Source: Candidatus Poribacteria bacterium (GTDB lineage: Bacteria > Poribacteria > WGA-4E > GCA-2687025). From it: a stretch of 64,000 nt of DNA. The notes beneath the pieces were generated by a model. It was given only the letters and a program-made list of their open reading frames with translations. It made no database searches and had not been told where the DNA came from. Position 1 is the first letter of the stretch. Each line of letters starts with the position of its first letter. Below are positions 20,451 through 28,819 of the stretch, in pieces. Both the position numbers and the translations under genes were made by a program. The DNA lies in contig OY762492.1 of the NCBI GenBank assembly GCA_963665845.2, forward strand, positions 864,001-928,000. Direction: 5' to 3'.

Positions 20451-21014
20451 TTCCAAACCCTTGCGCTGAAGGGCGCGCGGCATCGACTCGACGCCGCGCC
20501 CTTCAGCCTGCTTCGGCAGATACGGCAGATGAACGAAACCGACGCGCGTCTTTAAACCGAGCGACGACGCCGTATGCAAGCCCGCAAACAGAACCTCGTT
20601 GCAGCAGTAGGAGCCGGCGCTCAACGAAGCGCGCGCGGGAACGCCCTCCGAACGCAGCGCCTCAACCAGCCGCGTAACGGGGAAGGGGGAGAAGTAAGCG
20701 TCCGGCGCGCCCTGTATGACCGCCTCGTCTCGATGCTCTCCATGATCAAAGTAATTGACGCCGACCCGCTCCAGCGCCAGCGCGGACGATCCCGCCGCCA
20801 GCCCCGTCAACAGCGCGATCTCTGGCGCATCGCGTTTTATGAGCGACTGTATGCGTCGGCTCGCTTCTTTAAAAACGACCGGCAGAACATGCCCCTCTAT
20901 GCGCGCGTTCAGCGTATGGGACGCTGCAATCTCCAGCGCCAGCTCGCCGGACGGGTTCCGTTCATCCCCGCCGAACGGCTCAAAACCGGCAATCAGAACG
21001 CGCGGCGCGCTCAA
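20418..21014 (-). CDS. pcp: Pyroglutamyl-peptidase I
   Basis: GFEPFGG..NPS, LERVGVN, SAGSYCCN and GFVHLP motifs. TTG start overlaps the upstream TGA. Confidence 0.9.
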   Translation of the reverse strand: MSAPRVLIAGFEPFGGDERNPSGELALEIAASHTLNARIEGHVLPVVFKEASRRIQSLIKRDAPEIALLTGLAAGSSALALERVGVNYFDHGEHRDEAVIQGAPDAYFSPFPVTRLVEALRSEGVPARASLSAGSYCCNEVLFAGLHTASSLGLKTRVGFVHLPYLPKQAEGRGVESMPRALQRKGLESILAQLLGGG

Positions 21015-22006
21015 AACGTCTCCGGGTAGATGCGTATGGAGCCGGTGAAAATGCCGCCCGGCGGAAGAACGATGAGACCCGCCTCTATTCCCCGCGCCTC
21101 CAAATTCGCCGCGTCGGTCGGGCATGTGTACGGCTCTATGCAGAGCGAACGGCGGTTCGGCGGCGTGTATAAAACCAGCTCCCGAAACTCTTTGCCGCTT
21201 TCTAAGACGGTTCGGAGACGAATCGCGCGGTCCTCAATGAAGCAGCGGGAGACGCCGTTTTGTTCATGTTTAACCTGCGTGAAAAGGTCGTCGAACGACA
21301 TGCCTTCAAACGGCTGCCCTTTGCGCAGATCGAAGCTGCCGGAGACGGGCAGAATGCGTCCCGTCGGCAGCAGCTCCTCCAGCTCCCAGTAAGCGTCCGC
21401 GGGGACGAACGCGGCGCAGTCAGACGGGTCCGTCTCCTCTCCGATGGGGGCGGAGAAGTAGGGATGGAATCCGACGCCCATCGGCATGTCGTCGCCGCCG
21501 GCGTTCAGCGCCGAGAAGGTCAACTGCAGCGCCCCGCCCGCCAGCGTGTAACCCGTTGTCAAATGGAACGGAAACGGGTACTGCTCCAAAACGCCCTCGG
21601 CGCTCTCCGCGGCAAACGACATGGCGCAGGCGGCAAACTCCTCCCCCGCCTCCAACGACTGAATCGTCCATGGTCGGTTGTACACTAGCCCGTGGAGATG
21701 ATGGCCGGCGGCTTGGACATTCTCAAACTGATAAGTTTTGCCGCGGAATGTCCATGCTCCGTTTCGGACGCGGTTTGGGAACGGAAACAGGATCGGTATG
21801 CCGCGTCCGGTCGGGTTGTCGGCGGCGGTCTTCGGTTCTGCTTTTTCTAAAAGATGGACGGTGTCGCCGCCGCGCAGCAGATCGTACGCATAACAGTTCG
21901 CGCCGGCGGAGGGCAGGATGCGCGCGCGTTGACCCCGCGCCTCGTCCAGCAGCTCCACAACGGAGACGCCGCCCTCTTGCGTTTCGCGGGCGGAAAACGC
22001 GCTCAT
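21011..22006 (-). CDS. Aldose 1-epimerase family protein
   Basis: GIPILFPFPNRV, HLHGL, YPFPF, GFHPYF and CIEPYT motifs. Confidence 0.9.
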   Translation of the reverse strand: MSAFSARETQEGGVSVVELLDEARGQRARILPSAGANCYAYDLLRGGDTVHLLEKAEPKTAADNPTGRGIPILFPFPNRVRNGAWTFRGKTYQFENVQAAGHHLHGLVYNRPWTIQSLEAGEEFAACAMSFAAESAEGVLEQYPFPFHLTTGYTLAGGALQLTFSALNAGGDDMPMGVGFHPYFSAPIGEETDPSDCAAFVPADAYWELEELLPTGRILPVSGSFDLRKGQPFEGMSFDDLFTQVKHEQNGVSRCFIEDRAIRLRTVLESGKEFRELVLYTPPNRRSLCIEPYTCPTDAANLEARGIEAGLIVLPPGGIFTGSIRIYPETF

Positions 22007-22782
22007 CGCGCCTTTTTCGGCGGTTCCAGCGCGCTTTGAACGCCCGGAAATTCATGCCAGATGTCCGTATAGCCGGCGAAACCCGGCGGCTCCAGACGCT
22101 TGCTGCGAACGCGGAAGATAGCGGCGTAACGAATGTTGGGAGAAGCGTTTGGGCAGGCGCCATGCATCATCTGATAATGCGCGAGAACGGCGTCGCCCGG
22201 CTCCCCCGTCACCATGACCCGCTTTTCAGGCAGCTCAAAGCGCGGCAGCCCGTTCGCCAGAACCTCATGCCCATGCTGTTTGAAGTGCGCCTCGTAAGCG
22301 GCGTGCGACTTCGGCCAGACGGTGAAATTGCCGCTGAACTCGTTGGGAACGTCCGAGAGATAAACGACCGCAAACATGGAGAAACCGCGCCGATAGCTGC
22401 CCTTCGGTTGACCGTTGCGTCCGTTGCCCAGCCCGTCCAGATGTCCGTTCGGCTCCCTGGGGTCCGCCATCGGCGGCATCGGGAATCGCAGGGCGATCTG
22501 TCCGCCGCGGATCTGATGAAACCCCTCCTTGCCCAAGAGCGAGCCGGCGGCGTCGTTCAACGGCGTTTTGTTGAACAGGTCGACGACAACCTCCGCGTTG
22601 CGCAGCTCGTCGCAATGCTGGCCGTCGCGGTTGCGGTCGGGTCGGTCGTCCCCCCTGCCGACATTGCCGACAGAGTGGTTGATCGCTCTCCGCGCCTTTT
22701 CGACCATGATCTTCGGAACGGCGCCCGGTATTTTCAACCAACCCTGCTCATGAAACTGCAATTTTTGCTGCCGCGTCAACAT
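22003..22782 (-). CDS. Phytanoyl-CoA dioxygenase (PhyH) family Fe(II)/2-oxoglutarate enzyme
   Basis: MLTRQQKLQFHEQGW, HLD facial-triad motif, GNFTVWPKSH and distal H(G)...N...R. Confidence 0.85.
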   Translation of the reverse strand: MLTRQQKLQFHEQGWLKIPGAVPKIMVEKARRAINHSVGNVGRGDDRPDRNRDGQHCDELRNAEVVVDLFNKTPLNDAAGSLLGKEGFHQIRGGQIALRFPMPPMADPREPNGHLDGLGNGRNGQPKGSYRRGFSMFAVVYLSDVPNEFSGNFTVWPKSHAAYEAHFKQHGHEVLANGLPRFELPEKRVMVTGEPGDAVLAHYQMMHGACPNASPNIRYAAIFRVRSKRLEPPGFAGYTDIWHEFPGVQSALEPPKKAR

Positions 22783-22898
22783 AGCGATCTCCTGTTGCCT
22801 GTATGGACCCGCATGCTAGCGCCGATCTGGGCTGCGCGCAAGCGTCTCTTGTTCAAGACAGTCTCTATAGTCGATGAGGACATGCATTGCGCGCGGCT

Positions 22899-23006
22899 AA
22901 ACCCCCCCAGCCCCCCTTTTCAAGGGGGAGGCTAGAAACCCGCCAGCCCCCTTTTCAAGGGGGAGTCTAGAAACCCGCCAGCCCCCCTTTTCAAGGGGGA
23001 GTCTGG
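22899..23006 (+). repeat. Three tandem copies of the 35-37 bp C-rich hairpin repeat
   Basis: AAACCC(C/G)CCAGCCCCC(C)TTTTCAAGGGGGAG(G/T)CT(A/G)G starting at 22899, 22936 and 22971. Confidence 0.9.
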
Positions 23007-23018
23007 AAACGCCGCGCC

Positions 23019-24008
23019 CTATCCGCTGTCAGCGTCCAGCTCATCGAGAAGCGATTGGGCGTATCGGCGCAGCTCCACGTGGTTTTCGCTTGTCGGTCCG
23101 CTTTCTGGGATGAGCGCGTAACGCAGGAACGCCTTCTGGGCGTCCAACGGCGAGCCGACGCTGTGCCAACGCCCCTCCAGCTCAACAGCGAAAAGAGAGC
23201 CGTTTGCGGCGTTTTGTCGAAGAAGGGCGGTGAAATCCAGCTCCCGATGCACGGCGCCCTCCGCGCCGGCGAGAAAACGCATGTCGTCCGCCGAAATCGC
23301 ATACCGCCCCGCCACTGCCAGATAGGTTTCCTCTCCGTCGATCATGTTCGGAGAGGGGTCGGCAGGCTTCTCCTCCATGTCCAACACGCGGTACGCCGCC
23401 CTGCCGGTGAAACCGCTCGGCATCTCCATCGGTTCGCTTTCCACCAGAACGACGCCGAAGCGTCTCGCTTCTTCTTTTGACACTCTCTGAACGGCGGCGA
23501 CCGTTCCGCCGAGGCTTCTCCGCCCAGAGATCAGCTGCGCCATCGCCGGCGACGCCGCATGTACAATGTCATCCCCCAGGGCGACGCACGCGCCGTCAAA
23601 CTCTTCAGCAAAAAAAATATCCGCGGCCAGCGCGGTCGCGTCGCCGAAACCGCGCGGCTCCGTCTGAACGACGCACTCGGCGCGTTTGAAACGGGGAAGG
23701 GCGCGTATCTGCTCCATCTCCGCCGTCTTGCCCCGTTTCATAAGATACTCGGCAAAGTCGGGGTCCTGCCCGCATGGGTCCCAAAAACGCTGAACGGCGC
23801 GCGCCGCCTCCTCAGATGAAACGACCGCGGCAACATGCTCAATGCCGCTGCGTTCCGCTTCGCGCAGGATCGTTTCCAGTACCGTCGCCCCGTCAACGCC
23901 CGCGTTCACGAGCGCTTTCATCTTGGCGCCGTAGCCTGTCAAGGGCAGCGCGCGGGTCGCGTATCCGCCCGCCGCGATGATGAGCAAGTAGCCGCTAGAC
24001 CGAGTCAT
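23019..24008 (-). CDS. Sugar-phosphate nucleotidyltransferase (GalU-like)
   Basis: AAGGYATRALP, QTEPRGFGDA, LGDDI, MEEKP and VAGRY motifs. Divergent from canonical GalU. Confidence 0.75.
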   Translation of the reverse strand: MTRSSGYLLIIAAGGYATRALPLTGYGAKMKALVNAGVDGATVLETILREAERSGIEHVAAVVSSEEAARAVQRFWDPCGQDPDFAEYLMKRGKTAEMEQIRALPRFKRAECVVQTEPRGFGDATALAADIFFAEEFDGACVALGDDIVHAASPAMAQLISGRRSLGGTVAAVQRVSKEEARRFGVVLVESEPMEMPSGFTGRAAYRVLDMEEKPADPSPNMIDGEETYLAVAGRYAISADDMRFLAGAEGAVHRELDFTALLRQNAANGSLFAVELEGRWHSVGSPLDAQKAFLRYALIPESGPTSENHVELRRYAQSLLDELDADSG

Positions 24009-24065
24009 CGTTCTCCTCCGCCCCCTTAGAATAGCGCCGTTCGAGCGCGAACGGAACCGCTTGAC

Positions 24066-24232
24066 CTGACCTTACGTCTTTAGTTGGGACATGCCGCTGT
24101 GCGAACGCGGACGTTGTCTGCGGCTCCTCTAGATTCCCGCTTACGCGGGAATGACGGTCTGGTTGGCGACGCTTTTCCCCATGAATAAAGGCTTTGGTCA
24201 TTTAGATGTCCCAACTTTACGCATGAGGTCAG
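24066..24232 (-). mobile_element. MITE (167 bp) with imperfect ~27-bp TIRs, internal CGTC palindrome and 6-bp target duplication
   Basis: Ends are CTGACCTTACGTCTTTAGTTGGGACAT and ATGTCCCAACTTTACGCATGAGGTCAG. CTTGAC on both flanks (24060-24065, 24233-24238). Homologous to 32860-33048 and 36381-36570. Confidence 0.85.
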
Positions 24233-24233
24233 C

Positions 24234-24262
24234 TTGACGCCGAGCGCAAAGTTCGGCATGAT
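24234..24262 (+). promoter_or_regulatory. Putative sigma-70 promoter of the arylsulfatase
   Basis: TTGACG-17 nt-CATGAT, about 40 nt before the ATG. Confidence 0.55.
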
Positions 24263-24303
24263 GGGCAGAACGCTTTGAAACCTGAAGCCGCCGAGGAGAC
24301 GAT

Positions 24304-25698
24304 ATGGACCGCCGGTCTTTTTTGAAAACGCTTGGAGCCGCTTCTGCCGCCGCCCCGATGGCGAAAGCCGCCGCGCAGAACCCGCCGCCGCCCAACATTC
24401 TGTTTATTCTGCTGGACGACATGGGCTGGACGGACCTCGGCTGCTACGGAAGCGACCTGTACGAAACGCCCGCCATCGACCGCCTCGCCGAGGAGGGGAT
24501 GCGTTTCACCGACGCTTACGCCGCATGCACCGTCTGTTCGCCCTCCCGCGCCGCGGTGTTGACCGGCAACTACCCCGCCCGCATTCATCTCACCGACTGG
24601 ATCCATGGTCATGCGCGTCCAAAGGCGAAGCTGCTGCCGCCTGAATGGACGCATCATCTGCCGCTGGAAGAGCGCACCTTTGCGCGCGTCTTGAGAGAGA
24701 ACGGGTATGCGACGGCGCATGTCGGCAAGTGGCATCTCGGAAGCGAAGAGTATTGGCCGCTGGAGCATGGGTTCGATCTGAATATCGGCGGGTATGAGAA
24801 GGGGCAGCCGCCCTCCTATTTTTATCCGTACACGCGCCCTGGGTCGAACAACCCGCGCATACCGACGCTCAGCGGCGGAGAGGAGGGCGAGTATCTGACC
24901 GACCGGCTCGCCGACGAGGCGATACAGTTCATTGAACAGAACGCGAACCGCCCGTTCTGCCTCTATCTGTCCCATTACGCCGTCCATACGCCGATTCAAT
25001 CCAAAGAGAGGTGGACCGAGTACTACAGGGAGCGTGTCCAGGAGGGCGGACGGCATCAGAACCCTGCATACGCCGGGATGATTCACAGCGTGGACGAGGG
25101 CGTCGGACGGCTCATGGAGACGCTGGACAGGCTCAACATCGCCGACAACACGCTCGTCGTTTTCACAAGCGACAACGGCGGCTTGATGCGCATCACGACG
25201 AACGTTCCGCTTCGGGCGGGCAAAGGCTCCGCCTACGAAGGCGGGGTGCGGGTTCCGCTCATCGCGCGGTGGCCGGACGGCGTTCCGTCGGGAACCGTCT
25301 CCAGCGAGCCGGTGTCTGGGGTCGACTTTTTTCCGACCATCTTAGAGGCATGCGGCGCCGCTCCCGAATCGACGGACGGGCTGAGTCTCGCGCCGTTGTT
25401 TGACGACCCGTCTGCGCAGCTGGATCGGGACGGCGTCTACTGGCATTATCCGCACTACCACCCCGGCGGCGCGTCGCCCTACGGAACGGTGCGGGCGCGC
25501 GATTGGAAGCTGGTCGAGTTTTTTGAGGACAGCCGTACAGAGCTGTACCGCGTCGGGAACGATGTCGGCGAATCGGAAGACCTGTCCTCTAAGGAGGAAC
25601 GGCGCGCCGGCGACATGCTCGACATGCTGCAAGACTGGCGCGCCGCGGTGAAGGCGCAGCTGCCGGTTCCGAACCCGAATTACGAGCCGCCTGAATAG
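24304..25698 (+). CDS. Tat-exported formylglycine-dependent sulfatase (arylsulfatase A-like)
   Basis: MDRRSFLK Tat signal, DDMGW, CSPSR, GKWHLG and SDNGG motifs. Confidence 0.93.
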   Translation: MDRRSFLKTLGAASAAAPMAKAAAQNPPPPNILFILLDDMGWTDLGCYGSDLYETPAIDRLAEEGMRFTDAYAACTVCSPSRAAVLTGNYPARIHLTDWIHGHARPKAKLLPPEWTHHLPLEERTFARVLRENGYATAHVGKWHLGSEEYWPLEHGFDLNIGGYEKGQPPSYFYPYTRPGSNNPRIPTLSGGEEGEYLTDRLADEAIQFIEQNANRPFCLYLSHYAVHTPIQSKERWTEYYRERVQEGGRHQNPAYAGMIHSVDEGVGRLMETLDRLNIADNTLVVFTSDNGGLMRITTNVPLRAGKGSAYEGGVRVPLIARWPDGVPSGTVSSEPVSGVDFFPTILEACGAAPESTDGLSLAPLFDDPSAQLDRDGVYWHYPHYHPGGASPYGTVRARDWKLVEFFEDSRTELYRVGNDVGESEDLSSKEERRAGDMLDMLQDWRAAVKAQLPVPNPNYEPPE

Positions 25699-25701
25699 GC
25701 G

Positions 25702-26058
25702 AAGATCACGGCGCGGCGCTCGCCGTTCTGTTGGAGGCGAAAGCGTCCAGCCCGCCGACCCATGCGGTCATTCCCGCGTAAGCGGGAATCTTGAAGCCTC
25801 TATCGCCTCCAAATACGGTTTCCTGCAACGCGGTCGCTTTCGGGAACTGTCCAAGATTACGGCGATGCGCTCGCCGTTCTGTTGGAGGCGAAGGCGTCCA
25901 GTCCGCCGACCCAGGCTGTCATTCCCGCGTAAGCGGGAATCTTGAAGCGTCTATTGCCTCCAAAGACGGTTTCCTGCAACGCTGCCGCTTTCGGGAGCTG
26001 TCCAAGATTACGGCGATGCGCTCGCCGTTCTGTTGGAGGCGAAGGCGTCCAGTCCGCC
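25702..26058. repeat. 151-bp tandem repeat (about 2.4 units) containing the dsbD 3' end and the CGTC palindrome
   Basis: Units start at 25702, 25853 and 26004. Palindromes at 25767-25790 and 25918-25941. Confidence 0.92.
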
Positions 26059-28404
26059 TTGAAGGAACGCCTTGAACTGCTCCGGGTCGCGCGTGAGTCC
26101 GTCGAAATGGTCAATCACCTCGTCGTCCGGCGAGATCAGGACGTAGAACGGCAGGGCGGTCGTCTGGAACCGCTCCTCCTGCATTTTGCGGTTGGCTCTG
26201 GACGCTTCGTCCCGTTTGTCTGTCCATATCTGCGCCCCGACATACTTATCCAGGAGCGCCGACACCTCTTTTTTGACAAAGATATTCTTTTCCATCCATC
26301 TGCAGTTGGTGCATGTGACGCCCGTGAAGTCGACAAAGACGGGGCGGTCGATCGCCTTCGCCTCGGCGAGCGCGTCTTCAAGCGATTCATGCCAGTTGTC
26401 ATGGACGGCGGTCGACGTTTGATCCTCTTTCATGGCGTAGTACGGCAGGAAGGCGTCCAGTTCGCCGAGCGGATTTCCCATGAGGCCTGTGAACAGATAA
26501 AGCGTCGCCGCAAAGAAGCTGATGGAGGAAATGAGCCGTATGGGACCGAGATGCTCAGGCGGAGCGTCCTGCGTCAGCTGTACCTTGCCGAGAAGATAGA
26601 TCGCGGCGACCAGCGCAATGGCGATCCAGATCGCCAGAAACAGCTCGCGGGGAAGCGCGCCCCATTCGAAGACAAGGTCGATATTGCTGATGAATTTGAG
26701 CGCCGCCGCCAGCTCCAGGAACCCCATCGTCGCCTTGACCGAGTTGAGCCAGCCGCCCGATTTTGGCAGAGAGGAGAGTATCTGCGGAAACAGCGCCAAA
26801 AAGAAGAACGGCGAGGAAAACGCCGCCGAGAAGCTGAGCATTCCGATCACCGCCCAAAAATACTCCCCCTGCGAAGCAGCGACCAGAACCGTCCCCACAA
26901 ACGGCACGGTGCATGTGAACGTGGTCAGCGAAAAGGTGAGACCCATCATGACGGTCGCCGCATGCCCGACCTTTTTATGCGAGCCGCCGAAAGCGTTGAG
27001 CAGCCAGTGCGGAACCGTGATTTCAAACGCGCCGAACAGGTTGAGCGCAAAGAAAATAAAGATTGCGGCGATGAGCAGGTTCACCCAGACGTTCGTCGCG
27101 AGGTTCTGAATCGAGGCGGCGCCGAAAAAGGCTGACAGAAGAACGCCAAGAGCCGTGAAGGTGACCATGATGCCGAGGCAGTAGATGGACGCCTGTCCGA
27201 CGCCTTGCCCGCGCGTCAAGCCCTCTTTTTTGGTGAAAAAGGAGACCGTAATCGGTATCATCGGAAAGACGCATGGCGTCAAGAGCGACAGGAATCCCAT
27301 CGACATGGCGAATCCGATGTATGCCAGGAGGCCTTCGGAACGCGCTTTGCCGAGCGCGCCCATGCTTCCGTCTTGCGCGGAACCCTGCGCCTGGGCGTAG
27401 ACGGATCTTGCGTCGCCCGTCTTGACGGTCAGCTCCATCTTTTGATCAATCGTTTTCGGCGTGAAACACTGCACGTCGTTGCAGGGCATGAAAACAAGGC
27501 GCGCCGTTAATTTTTGAACGCCAGGCTCCGTCTCTTTTGGGACCAACAGCGGCAGCGTGAAGACAGCCCGATCTTTGAAAGTGGCGATTTTCTTCTGATC
27601 GTCTTTTTTGGTCATCATGAGCGGCTCCGACTGCTCAACCGCCCCAGCCCGCTCTAGAGCGTCCATATCCTTGAGCGTGATATTGGTCGGCATCGGCCCG
27701 TCGTCAAGCGAGTAGATATACCACCCCTCCCGGATATCCGCTTCGATGCGCAGCAGCGCATACTCGCCGGCGCGCGCGGTTGACGGCTCAAATGAGGCGT
27801 TGATCTTCACAATGGGCGGCATCGGGCTTTCGGCGTACGCTTTGCGCGCCGCCCCCGCTTCGATGTTGAGGCTGGCTTTCGCTTGAGCGGTGTTGAGCGG
27901 AATGCATTGGAAGCTGTTGCATTTGGTGAAGCTGACGACAGCGGAGACGGTCTGCTCCCCAGGCTGCATGTTTTCAGGAACCCGCAGCGTCTGCGTGAAA
28001 ACCGCTTCGCCGCGGTAGATGCCGATCTGTTTCTCAAAGCCTTTGTCGTAGGCGACGATCGGAGTCGGAAAAAGGACAGAGTCGACCAGTTCAAACGCCC
28101 CTGGATGGATCTCTATTCGGGTCGGTTCGGGTTCAAACGCCTCTGAATCGATCTCTGTTTGGGTCGGTTCGGGCGGCGATTCTCCCTCCGAGTAGATGTA
28201 CCATCCGTCCTCGATCTCGGCTTTGACGCGCAGCTGGACATATTCGCCGGGCCGCGCGGGGGACGGTTTTATCTCTGCGGTGAGTCGGACGTTTTCATCT
28301 TCGCCGCCGCCGTCCAATCCGGGGATCGGAAGCTGCGCCGACGAATTTAAAACAAAGCAGACCGCCGCCGCGGCGATTGCGCCGATAAGCCGAATGTGCC
28401 GCAT
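26008..28404 (-). CDS. dsbD: Thiol:disulfide interchange protein DsbD with two N-terminal domains
   Basis: Two GWYIYS...CNxxQC domains, TM domain LTPCVFPMIP...FTCTVPF...LPKSGGWL, and thioredoxin domain DFTGVTCTNC. Confidence 0.9.
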   Translation of the reverse strand: MRHIRLIGAIAAAAVCFVLNSSAQLPIPGLDGGGEDENVRLTAEIKPSPARPGEYVQLRVKAEIEDGWYIYSEGESPPEPTQTEIDSEAFEPEPTRIEIHPGAFELVDSVLFPTPIVAYDKGFEKQIGIYRGEAVFTQTLRVPENMQPGEQTVSAVVSFTKCNSFQCIPLNTAQAKASLNIEAGAARKAYAESPMPPIVKINASFEPSTARAGEYALLRIEADIREGWYIYSLDDGPMPTNITLKDMDALERAGAVEQSEPLMMTKKDDQKKIATFKDRAVFTLPLLVPKETEPGVQKLTARLVFMPCNDVQCFTPKTIDQKMELTVKTGDARSVYAQAQGSAQDGSMGALGKARSEGLLAYIGFAMSMGFLSLLTPCVFPMIPITVSFFTKKEGLTRGQGVGQASIYCLGIMVTFTALGVLLSAFFGAASIQNLATNVWVNLLIAAIFIFFALNLFGAFEITVPHWLLNAFGGSHKKVGHAATVMMGLTFSLTTFTCTVPFVGTVLVAASQGEYFWAVIGMLSFSAAFSSPFFFLALFPQILSSLPKSGGWLNSVKATMGFLELAAALKFISNIDLVFEWGALPRELFLAIWIAIALVAAIYLLGKVQLTQDAPPEHLGPIRLISSISFFAATLYLFTGLMGNPLGELDAFLPYYAMKEDQTSTAVHDNWHESLEDALAEAKAIDRPVFVDFTGVTCTNCRWMEKNIFVKKEVSALLDKYVGAQIWTDKRDEASRANRKMQEERFQTTALPFYVLISPDDEVIDHFDGLTRDPEQFKAFLQGGLDAFASNRTASASP

Positions 28405-28470
28405 ACCTCTATCCTCCTCCACTGCGTCGCTTAATATATTATAGCGCCTTTTGACGCGCGCCGTTTTCAT

Positions 28471-28719
28471 CCGACCTCATGCGTCAAGTTGGGACCGCTG
28501 AACGACTAGAGCCGCCGCGGAAACCTGTCTGCGTTCTTCCGCTCATATGCCCCAACTAGAGACGTTATATAATGTAAGATGGTTGTATCCACAGGCGATA
28601 AAATTCATTGGTAGGGCGGGGTTTCTGGACTCCCCCCTTGAAAAGGGGGGCTGGGGGGTTTTAGCCGCGCCCGGAATAACGCGGCGCCGCGAATATCCCG
28701 TATGAGCGTACTGCCGGTC
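28471..28719. repeat. Internally deleted MITE remnant, inverted C-rich hairpin and GTATGAGCGTAC module
   Basis: CCGACCTCATGCGTCAAGTTGGGAC (28471)...ATGCCCCAACTAGAGACGT (about 28565), hairpin at 28621-28670, module at 28681-28719. Confidence 0.75.
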
Positions 28720-28731
28720 AGAATTAGGCGG

Positions 28732-28760
28732 TTGCGGAAGCCGCGTCTTTGCGCTATGAT
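28732..28760 (+). promoter_or_regulatory. Putative sigma-70 promoter
   Basis: TTGCGG-17 nt-TATGAT upstream of the first binding-protein gene. Confidence 0.45.
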
Positions 28761-28819
28761 TGAAAGCGGCCGTTCTCTGAAGGAGGCGGCGTCATGACAT
28801 TTAAGAAAGGACGAAAGCG

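Noticed and set aside
22899-23006. Three ~36-bp direct repeats as a mini-CRISPR
   Set aside because: The units are directly adjacent with no unique spacers.
25791-26114. Small ORFs inside repeats (25791..26075, 25857..26114, 23995..24201, 36399..36584, 58140..58382)
   Set aside because: They are translations of the repeat modules (recurring HSRVSGN and IPAYAG strings) with no RBS or protein family evidence.
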